Source of the DNA: Octopus bimaculoides
Taxonomy: Eukaryota
Length of the DNA: 33,575 nt
Assembly (NCBI RefSeq): GCF_001194135.2
Contig: NC_068999.1
Span: 15,209,552-15,243,126, forward strand
Direction of reading: 5' to 3'
The first letter of the stretch is position 1. Each line of letters begins with the position of its first letter. Below are positions 10,089 to 19,548 of the stretch, piece after piece. The translations under genes were made by a program, and so were the position numbers. Under the pieces are notes generated by a model. It was given only the letters and a program-made list of their open reading frames with translations, searched no databases and had not been told where the DNA came from.

Positions 10089-10669
10089 CTGAAAACAAAA
10101 ATGTAAAAAAGCATTAGCCAACAACAGATATTTACTCTTCTACAATGTTTAACATTTCTAACTTCGTTTTAATGTTGTCTGTATTAAATAAGTTAAAAAC
10201 GATTTAAGTAATAATTTCTTGCATTTAACAAGGTGCAAAGAACTCATAATTGGTTGAATAAGTAAACAGTGTGAAAATCACACCTTTCCAACTTTCTCAG
10301 AGGTATTGATCATAGAATTAAAGGTTTGTAGCTCTCTTGGATTATTGGGAAGAAATTAGTTTAACGGAATTCGCCAAACACCCTATAGATATGTGAGTAT
10401 TAGTGTCCGTGCGTGTGTGTGTGAGTGTGTGTGGGTGTGTGCGTGTGCGCACGCAAATCGGTGTTCCGTCTGAATGCGCATAAATGCATTATCATCATAT
10501 ATTGCAGTAATCTGGTGTGTGTACAGCTAAATAACTAGCTTATTGATGTGTTTTGCAGGTGCATGTGATAAGCTGAATACAGCACTAGATGATAACAAAC
10601 ATCACGTTATATTGTTGAACGTAACATATTTCATTTGCTTTATAAACGTGGTTTTATGAAACTGAATCT

Positions 10670-10686
10670 CTCTTTCTTTCACGCTT

Positions 10687-10726
<40 letters not shown>

Positions 10727-10727
10727 G
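10670..10727. repeat. (TC)n microsatellite
   Basis: Directly visible. Confidence 0.95.
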
Positions 10728-10754
10728 CTCTTAGTCTACGCCACATCATTCTTA

Positions 10755-10988
10755 TTTCTTTATTGCCCACAAGAGGCCAAGCATAGAGGGGACAAACAAG
10801 GACAGACAAAGGGATTAAGTCGATTACATCAACCCGAGTGCGTAGCTGCTACTTAATTTACCGACCCCGAAAGGATGAAATGCAAAGTCGTCCTCGGCGG
10901 AATTTGAACTCAGAATGTAACGCCAGCCGATATACTGCTAAGCATTTCGCTCGGCCCACTAACGATTCGGCCAGCTCGCCGCCTTCTC
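10755..10988 (-). mobile_element. tRNA-headed SINE (type A, young subfamily), full length with 16-bp TSD
   Basis: Minus head aaggcggcgagctggccgaatcgttag, B-box gagttcaaattcc, tail aataaagaaataag. TSD cgccacatcattctta at 10739-10754 and 10989-11004. Closely matches 19073-19303. Confidence 0.92.
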
Positions 10989-11009
10989 CGCCACATCATT
11001 CTTAGACGC

Positions 11010-12030
11010 TGACCCAACTCAGGGGCAAATCCCTCTCGGACATACTTCATGCGGATCATGTCACGTGATTTTGATCTTATCTAATCGTCCTCAGTAATGG
11101 ATACTCGCCTGCTAGACATAGCGTTAGTCTGCCATCTATTTTGCTTGTAAGTAAAGTTTTTGAATGTATTTTCGCAAATTCCTTATATTTTGGAATCATG
11201 AAAATTATTTGAACCCAAAAACGTGTCTGAACGGATTTTGTTTCTTTGTATGTAAACTGTCAGCAACCTCTTAGCCAGTTGCACAACTGATATCTCCTAA
11301 AATCACAATCTCGTTGTTTCTAGATTTTCAAACATGAGCTCTTCAATTAGTATGTAATATTGAAATATAATTGGGATGTTCGTAGAAGTTGTGGTTTTAT
11401 CAATGTATTGTGGGCAGGCCGGGAGCAATAATTCTCTTATTCAAGTAGTCCCTTTTATTTTAGATCGAAGCAGAAATTTTCCGGTATGTCTGCATTTCAC
11501 AAAGATTTTTGATGTATCATTTAAAACTTATTTATACTTGCTAATTTGGGGATTACAGTCTTATAGCGGATTAGGAAGAGTTATTTTTTCTGTTTATGTA
11601 AGATTTTCTAGAATATTCCTGAGAAGGTCAAATTTCATTTTGTTGTTTATTAAATCTTCCAGCAATGATGGATCGATTATGTTTACTATAACATTAAATT
11701 CCTTACTAAATCCCGATAAAGTTTTAACCATTTTTTTTACAAGGTTTTGCAGTTTGGAGATTATTTTGTTCTCATATGGGATTGCATCAGCGTTAGCAGC
11801 AGAGACTAAATGGGTATATATCTTTATTCCTAAAATAACTATGTTACCTGTTCGTTCAACGCCATTTGTTCTTATACTTACGTCGTCAATATATTTTTTA
11901 GACGACAATGGATTATTTTGTTGTACAAATGCATTATGTTATTTATGTCGCTTCGCGTCCAAATTCCGCCAATCTAAACGTATCATACATCGTTGGTAAT
12001 AATGTGCCCTTCAAGGTCTGGAGACGACGG
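11010..12030 (-). mobile_element. Penelope-like retroelement fragment (RT palm/thumb, linker, GIY-YIG, 3' terminus)
   Basis: ORF 11594-11908 has KKYIDDVSI (YxDD), ADAIPYENKIISK (cf. LPFLDILIKK) and DPSLLEDLINNKMKFDLLR (cf. YPxxLIEDGIxKAxxIDxxxLR). Downstream are KIFVKCRHTGKFLLRSK (cf. KxxKSKRQPxNLKxxLxRAK), CSRP (cf. CGRP), a C..F-YI..ET GIY-YIG-like motif and a hammerhead-like motif at the end. Confidence 0.65.
11054..11098 (-). ncRNA. Degenerate minimal hammerhead-like motif
   Basis: Minus strand: atta - ctgagga - c - gat / tagataag / atc - aaaa (GAAA with G to A) - near-palindrome atcacgtgac - a - tgat. Two core substitutions, so probably inactive. Confidence 0.35.
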
Positions 12031-12939
12031 TAATCACAAACTACCGCAACTCAAATTGCTCTTCCTTTCTTGAATTAAATAAATTATATAGTTATTTCAA
12101 TTACATTTAAATATGAACGATCACTGGTTAATAACTCCTATAAACGTCAACGTAAAGCAATCATACTGCAGTATTCACTTATAATTATGAAATATCTTAT
12201 TAAGTGATATTTAATCTGCCCCGAAAACATTTTCTCACAGAATATAAATATTGTCAACTCCCATAGCAGTGATAACATTAAGTAAACTTTGATTATATAA
12301 ATAACTTGATGAACAGCATAGGAGCTAGAGGCCCCAATTTAGATAACTGAAAGGATACTAAAGCAATTCACACAGAGATAAATATGAGGAGAGATATTAA
12401 TACAATTTACATGCATTATACTCATTGGTTATATTATATAAGACTGCATCTTAGATCTAGATTCTACAATTACAACTTTCATAGTCACAAAGATTTTAGA
12501 ATGTGCAGCGTAATTCGGCGAGCGTAAAAAGACGGAATTTAAAGCAGGAATTCATCTTACGTTATGGATGCAAAGAATTGCCAAGACATATAACTTATTT
12601 CAAAGACGAAAACAATGAAAATTTCAAAACAGTGGTTGATACTGCACTTCCGCAACAATTATACTAGCTCAGTTTTATAAAGAAACAGTAATGAGGAAAA
12701 TATTTCATCCTCGCCGACAAAAGCAGACAAAAGCAAAAAGATCACAACTAATTGTGCTTTCATAAAAGTAACTATGCTTTTTGAAGCTTGAATAGAAATA
12801 ATGAAAAAAAGCAAAATAAACGATAACACAAGTAAAACCGGAAGTCTGTAGGCCACCAACACGCACGCAGAAATAATCATTGTATTCCAGGAAAGACACG
12901 CACCCACATACATGAGCGTGTCAGTATATACGTAGGCAA

Positions 12940-13017
12940 GTGTGTATATACATGCATTGTCAGAATAAGCATACATAAATACAGACACACACATAAACAC
13001 AAACATATACACGCACA

Positions 13018-13090
<73 letters not shown>

Positions 13091-13749
13091 TCAAATTTAT
13101 AACGTGAGTATGTGAGAAATACTTAGTGTTTTTAAGCACCTGTATTATATGCTTTCTGAAGAGAACATTTCATACTGGAAAATTTAGTATGCCTTAAGGA
13201 AACATACGAATAAATATTCTAAACAATGCTCTCTTTGAACTGTTGATTTCCTAGCGAGAGTATCAGTTTTTCACGCACACACACACACACACAAACACAC
13301 ACACTCACACACACACTCACGCACTACACATACACATACACATAAACACTCACATGCATGCACTCATACTTACAAACGCACACTCTCGAAATATATATTA
13401 CTCTAGGTATAGAGACAAACAGCAGGATGACAGGAAATGTATATATGTATGTGTACGTATGCTTCTACATAGATATATATGCATATATACATAAATACAC
13501 ACACGCACACACACACATACACACACGCACACACACACACGCACACACACACACACACAGATATATACATTTGCACGTATGTATGTATGTATGTACGTAT
13601 GTATATACGTTAAGACTTGTTGACAGCTGTTTAGTATTGTATGTTAGTTCCATAAACCACGCTACATTTGTTGCATTGGAATATAGATAGATAGCGAGAG
13701 AGAAAGATAAATAGATTCATATATATATAGATACATTTCNNNNNNNNNN

Positions 13750-13795
<46 letters not shown>

Positions 13796-13830
13796 GTGCT
13801 TATATATCTGTCTATGTATATACACTTATA
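12940..13830. repeat. Compound microsatellite field: (CA)n, (TATG)n, (GATA)n with a 10-N gap at 13740-13749
   Basis: Pure (CA)n about 13022-13087, degenerate (CA)n 13275-13360 and 13490-13560, (GATA)n 13750-13794. Confidence 0.95.
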
Positions 13831-14284
13831 AATGTAATACAAAGAAGAGACTATGCACCAGGACTATAAGTTAAAACACGAGATTGTTATAAAGTAGCAA
13901 GCATTCTCATGATATAGTTAAGAACTGATGAAATGTATTCGCCGGAATTCACCATATATAAACGCTAGATTTGCAATATACGGAATGTAATCAGAGAACA
14001 AATACAGATTCAGAAATACCGTAAATTAAAAATAATAAAGATAATCATCTGAATGGATTTGCTCACCGCAGTTTTCGCTGGACATCTCCACTATACCTAG
14101 AATTATATACGACATAATAACAATAAAAGATTCGAGGCATGAATATAAATGAAAAATAAAGAAAAAAATAAAGGAAGAGCTGAAAGACAGAAACAAAGAT
14201 AGGGAGAAAGTGTGAGTGACATTATAACAATTATGTGGAAAGAGAAATAGGGTTTAGAAATGAACATAAAGAAAGGAGGCTTGT

Positions 14285-14645
14285 TTTGTATGTAGATATG
14301 TTCTGCATCATCTGCATAGCTTGTGAAGGTGGCATTCAGTGTGGCTGATTCATATCTGAGAGGGTCACTATGAAATGTAGTAGTGCCCCCACGACAGTCC
14401 CGTGCGAGACACCCCTCACTATTTGTGTTCGTTGGAAGTGACCGTGTTGGCCCCTACTGCGTTATTTCTATCGTTCAGAAAGTCATGTAGCCACTTTTCT
14501 AGTTTTTCAACTATGTCGAGATTAGGCAGTTTGTGACTTATCGTTCCGTGGATGACATTATCGACATTATGGAGGTATATACATTTGAGTTGTTGAGCAA
14601 CTGTTTCGTAATTGCTAGGTGAGGCAGCTTCTTCCCCTGGTCAAA
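14285..14645 (-). mobile_element. CR1/L2-type LINE reverse transcriptase fragment with catalytic motif
   Basis: Minus strand: DNVIHG (cf. FDKVDHG), HKLPNLDIVEKLEKWLHDFLNDR, IVRGVSHGTVVGALLHFIVTLSDM (cf. SGVPQGTVLGPLLF), FTSYADDA with YADD at 14307-14318. Confidence 0.8.
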
Positions 14646-14913
14646 GAGGAAAAAGCACAAAAGTATATTCTACAGGATGTTTAATATCTATGTTACAGTG
14701 AGTGATTTAAAATAGAACCGGTTTCGATGTATCCAACGTATACATTAAAAAGAATTTCATTGTAAGACACACAACATAAAAACATGTACCAACACACATA
14801 CACCGCTACAAACATACACACACAGAGACAAAAGAACACACACTACAAAAAAGTAAACACACACTTATACGCAAGCACCACAATATACAAAAACATTTCC
14901 AAATAACAAAAAC

Positions 14914-14915
<2 letters not shown>

Positions 14916-14970
<55 letters not shown>

Positions 14971-15216
14971 NNNNNNNNNNNNNNNNNNNNNNNNNNNNNN
15001 NNNNNNNNNNNNNNNNNNNNNNNNNNNNNNNNNNNNNNNNNNNNNNNNNNNNNNNNNNNNNNNNNNNNNNNNNNNNNNNNNNNNNNNNNNNNNNNNNNNN
15101 NNNNNNNNNNNNNNNNNNNNNNNNNNNNNNNNNNNNNNNNNNNNNNNNNNNNNNNNNNNNNNNNNNNNNNNNNNNNNNAAAAGAAATACAATAGAAACGC
15201 TTTGACAATATATTCC

Positions 15217-15260
<44 letters not shown>

Positions 15261-15282
15261 CATACACACACACACACACACA
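14916..15282. repeat. (CA)n/(TA)n microsatellites around a 208-N gap (14971-15178)
   Basis: Directly visible. Confidence 0.95.
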
Positions 15283-15955
15283 GCTGGTCCTATCCTGAAA
15301 ATAAACTCTCTATTCAATTCCAAAGACTTCCTTTCAATAGAATTCCTGAAACTTGAACTCTTGGACTCCACCCCCAAATGTACATAGACAAAAATGTATA
15401 TATGAAGTAACTCTTTAGTAAAATTTCACTATGCACTAAAACATGTTTATAAACTGTAAACCCCCCCGCCCAATTTTTTTTTTTTTTCCCTTTCAATGCC
15501 CAGAAACATTTTTATATTTGATAAGACGAGACGGATACATCAAAACCGATTATATTTTCAATCACTCACTGTAACTTGGATATTTTGTGCCTTTTCCAAA
15601 TTTACATTTTCATCCATAAATTTTTATTTGTATAGACTCTTAATACCTTTTCATCTATGCGTATATCCTTGCTATATGTTAAACTGTCGTAGGTACAAAT
15701 TTGGCCAAATGCGTTTTTGACATTTATTTTTGCTTGCATTAGCCGGTTATTTTGGTCACATTATCGTATCTCCAACTGCTTCAGATGACAAGATATCAAA
15801 AATTGTCAAAGTGTAGTATAACGATTTTGCTATGGTATGGTCAAACTACTTTTTGGTTTTGTGAAGAAGCAACGTTTTGGACTTACGATAATTTTACATA
15901 ATAGCAATGATATTCGAACGCATTATAGACGTGGAAACAATAGAGCTAATTTTAC

Positions 15956-16124
15956 TTTAGCCTTATAAAACAGGAAAAACTTGTCAGCAGACTGCTATGG
16001 ACCTCGAACTCGTACCTTCAAATAACAGCTGAGTACTCAGCTGGTATGTATTCGTTATGTGAGGGCTACACGTTCGAGTCCCGTAACCATCTACTGAAAA
16101 ATGATCCCGTCGTATATGGGTAAA
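15956..16124. repeat. Head-to-head palindrome centred on the perfect 18-bp cagctgagtactcagctg (16026-16043)
   Basis: Left arm reverse complement actcagctg-ttatttgaaggtacgagttcgaggtccatagcagtctgctgacaagtttttcctgttttataaggctaaa vs right arm actcagctg-gtatg...gttcgagtcccgtaaccatctactgaaaaatgatcccgtcgtatatgggtaaa. About 70% identity with a deletion of about 16 nt on the left. Confidence 0.75.
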
Positions 16125-16335
16125 TGAACCAGTCATTCTGATATATATATATGTAAGTCTAGAGATGAGGACGATGACCTCCCTCGCAAATACTAATCGA
16201 ACACAGAATGTGTTCCGTTGGCCAGCTGGAGAAGATGTCTCCCTGGGGTGGGCTATAAACATCAGTAACACTGTTCCGTATAGGATACGACACTTAGTTG
16301 GCAAATATATGTTACAGTTCCGTACTGCTACTGTT
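16035..16335 (+). mobile_element. Interspersed repeat with tRNA-like head (SINE type D)
   Basis: A-box-like actcagctgg and B-box gttcgagtccc (about 16072-16082). The 3' half (16190-16335) is homologous to the reverse complement of 33355-33520 (ccagctggagaagatgtctccctgggg vs ccagctggaggagatgtcctcctgggg). Confidence 0.6.
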
Positions 16336-16359
16336 TATATATCGATCAGAATTTTAATA

Positions 16360-16607
16360 TAACATTCTCTCTCTCTCTCTATCTCATATATATATNNNNN
16401 NNNNNNNNNNNNNNNNNNNNNNNNNNNNNNNNNNNNNNNNNNNNNNNNNNNNNNNNNNNNNNNNNNNNNNNNNNNNNNNNNNNNNNNNNNNNNNNNNNNN
16501 NNNNNNNNNNNNNNNNNNNNNNNNNNNNNNNNNNNNNNNNNNNNNNNNNNNNNNNNNNNNNNNNNNNNNNNNNNNNNNNNNNNNNNNNNNNNNNNNNNNN
16601 NNNNNNN

Positions 16608-16662
<55 letters not shown>

Positions 16663-16720
16663 GCATGCATGTATGTATCTATGTGTGTGTATGCGCGCGC
16701 GTGCATGCATGCAATCATGC
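16360..16720. repeat. (TC)n/(TA)n/(TATG)n microsatellites around a 212-N gap (16396-16607)
   Basis: Directly visible. Confidence 0.95.
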
Positions 16721-16959
16721 ATACATCCCATCTATATTACTTGTCAGAAATTGATGTCATTTCTTTTATACTTGCAATCGAGTAATACATTATAAAATGA
16801 TTTATTTGCCACTGTATTCTTTACAAATGATGACGGCTGAATTTAGATTTTAATATAATATATCACTTCCTGTGTGTCAAACATCTTCATACATCCAAAT
16901 CTTTGGAATAATATAGGAAAATGTCTAACCGGATTTTCTTCTATTTGCTTATTTTCCTA

Positions 16960-17400
16960 TTATCCTTGATAATATTCAGGTCAATCATTACCTTTAAGAC
17001 GATAGCGTGTGTGTTTTGATGTTGTGATCATCTCTAAACGTTTGATACCATCTTGGAGTAAAAAAAAAATAATTCACTTCTCGTTCTCGTCCATGTGCTG
17101 ATAACATCCTATTTTCGTGTATATATCACATCTCGTTCTAAATAGGCTGGGTATATATCTAAAGGCCCGGTTCTTGGCTGGAGATTAAGAATTTCTTCCA
17201 CACAAAATTATTTAGTGTTCATTATCTTCGGCATCTTAAAACGAATCAATTTTTAGCATCCAGACAAATAATAGGGAAAAAATCCAGTCGTTGATTGTAG
17301 GATGAAAAAACAATTCTTTGTTAGCAATTCAGATATGAACAAGGCCCATCAATTTCCCTTAAATATTCATTGACATAAATTTTCTTCGCTCGAAACTGCG
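16960..17400 (-). mobile_element. Possible decayed Tc1/mariner-superfamily transposase C-terminal relic
   Basis: Minus strand, weak motifs in order: KIYVNEYL (cf. KINAxxYL), an SSPDLNPLDY-like stretch (tccagccaagaaccgggcctttagatatatac), LERDV, KRLEMI (cf. RLEAVI). Confidence 0.3.
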
Positions 17401-19072
17401 ACGAGCTCAATATAAAATGTTTAAACTGCAAAAACTTTGTTTTGTCAGTGAGCAGGTCGCTGTTTCCAGCATGAAATATTTTGATATTATATTAAAAATA
17501 TATGTGTAAGTGAAGTTAACGGCCTTCGTGCGTTTCCAGATTGTTAACTTATGTCTTCTTCGCTGCAATCGATTTTTCTTCGATACGTGATCTGAGAGCA
17601 AAACACTTGTTATGCATGTACATCTGCCTAATATTATCATCATTCCTCACTATTGCATCTCGAACATTCTAGCAGTTATACGAAGGAGACATATGTCTCT
17701 GCAAATGTATCAATCAATTTTGTCTCATGTGAATTGTAGTATGTTGATGCCTACCATACTCTTCCAAAATTCACTCTATTTCCAAATATGGACAGGAACG
17801 GTGGCGAATAATTCTAGAAAGATTGGCTGTTCTTGAAATTTGTCTGTCGCCAAATTAGCATCACGCTATCACGAAATCCATCAAACACAACACGAAAGAT
17901 TTTCCTTGATAATTTCCTATCAAGATAATATAAGCCAACGTACGCTGCAAAAGCAACAAGAATAATAAAAGCGATAGTAAAAGCAGCATAAATGAAATCT
18001 ATAAACATAATGAACAAGAAACACTTAGGTTACACTGATTGCTGCTTAAGAGTTAACAAAATGCTTATCATATAACAGGGAGACAAACTATAACATTCGT
18101 AACAGAGTCAGCATAAACGCAAAATGTTCTTGCTCTCAACGACATGTTTGGTGGATACCAGAAACATAAATATAGCTGTTCACATGTTCTGCAATCGATG
18201 CCTGATTTGCTTTTAAGAACACATTTTATACGTGAAAAAAGTTGGTTAGAGTGATCCTGATTTCTCAAGATAAGGAACCCATTAATAATTCTAACATTCT
18301 TCTTTTTGTCTGTGCTCCTATATCAACTGGTACTGAGCTGACGTTAAATCAAGCTATGACAGCTCATCGTTGATTTAATTAAACTGTCTGAGAAAAAGAA
18401 TTCAGAAATACTTGGACCCTATAATAAGCTTTCTTAATAAATGTGAGCAGTAAAAAATAAGTCCAGTACATTTACTTAGGCCACTATAGTTTTGACACGT
18501 TTAAACCCAAAGATGCATGCCCCTATCATTTCTTATATGCCAAAACATGAAATGGCACTTCATGGGAAGATCAAAGACATCATTTGCATTTTAACCTTGT
18601 CAGAATTTCCTGACATTTAAAAACCTTTTATCAAATAGAACAAGCCATAATGAATCCGTTTATAATACAGAATATTTGCTTGTTTACAATAATGTCAGTC
18701 TACCGTGAAAGACGTTTCTCAAGGGCAAAATGGAAGTGATTATACGCAGAGATTAAAAAAGGCTGCAAATTCCTCAAATATAAGAACAAATACAGAAGAG
18801 CAAAACTATAATGGTGTTGAACACAGATTTTCTCGTTCAAGCCTGACCTGGTCTAAACAACGACGAAAACAAAACAACAGCAACAAGGACAAAAAAAGAC
18901 ACCAACACCAACAAGTACAACAGCTGCAACATTAGCGACTACACCCACACTTTCCTTCTGCTTTAGTCGCGAATGAAACTAATAGTTATGGCTAAACGGT
19001 TTTAGATTCGCTCATATGGACTGTCATCAGATATTCAACAACGATTGTATGTAATTATTGATTTAATCGTGA

Positions 19073-19303
19073 AGGCAGTAAGCTGGCAGAATCGTTAGCA
19101 TGGCGGGCGAATTGCTTAGCAGTATTTCGTCTGCCGTTACTTAATGAGTTCACATTCCGCCGAGGTCGACTCAGCCTTTCATCCTTTCGGGGTCGATGAA
19201 TTAAGTACCAGTTACACACTGGGGTCGATGTAATCAACTTAATCCCATTGTCTGTCCTTGTTTGTCCTCTCTATGTTTAGCCCTCTGTGGGCAATAAAGA
19301 AAT
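19073..19303 (+). mobile_element. SINE type A, young subfamily, full length
   Basis: Head aaggcagtaagctggcagaatcgttagc to tail ggcaataaagaaat. Closely similar to the reverse complement of 10755-10988. Confidence 0.9.
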
Positions 19304-19305
19304 GA

Positions 19306-19439
19306 GGATCGTTAGCATGCCGGGCGTAACGCTTAGTGGTATATCTTCCGTGGCTACGTACTGAGTTCGAGTTCCACCGAGGTCGACTTTACCTTTCATC
19401 CTTTCGGTGACGATAAATTAAGTACTAGTCGAGTACTGA
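19306..19439 (+). mobile_element. SINE type A, older truncated copy
   Basis: gatcgttagcatgccgggcg...ctgagttcgagttccaccgaggtcgactttacctttcatcctttcgg... Confidence 0.85.
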
Positions 19440-19548
19440 ATGAAAAACAAATTTGACCTCTGCTTCATTTTGAACTCAGAGTGAAAAACTAGATGGAACA
19501 CCGCTTTGTAATTTTCCGACGCCCTAACGATTCTGCTAGCGCTCTACA
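19440..19548 (-). mobile_element. SINE type A head, older copy, inverted
   Basis: Minus strand: gcgctagcagaatcgttagggcgtcgg...ctctgagttcaaaatgaagcagaggtcaaatttgtttttcat. Confidence 0.8.

Noticed and set aside
10301-10620. Plus-strand splice-like sites (ttctcag at 10300, gtgagt at 10393, ttttgcag at 10558)
   Set aside because: The 92-nt candidate has stops in all frames, and the 61-nt alternative is phase-incompatible with the next candidate.
11376-11999. 207-aa plus-strand ORF, the longest clean ORF in the window
   Set aside because: It is the antisense shadow of the Penelope-like RT on the minus strand, with no recognisable domain.
12659-13825. ORFs with CVCV, HTHT or YLSI runs (also 27760-28229, 28979-29712, 32350-32611)
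   Set aside because: These are translations of microsatellites.
16030-16090. tRNA gene candidates at the B-box motifs (also 2940-3000 and 22460-22530)
   Set aside because: No complete cloverleaf could be folded, and each runs into a repeat body, so they are SINE heads.
18705-18935. Shared peptide NGVxHRFSRSSLTW in both arms with mostly synonymous changes
   Set aside because: The adjacent 30 codons show mostly non-synonymous changes, a stop and a frameshift between arms, so the local bias is probably chance.
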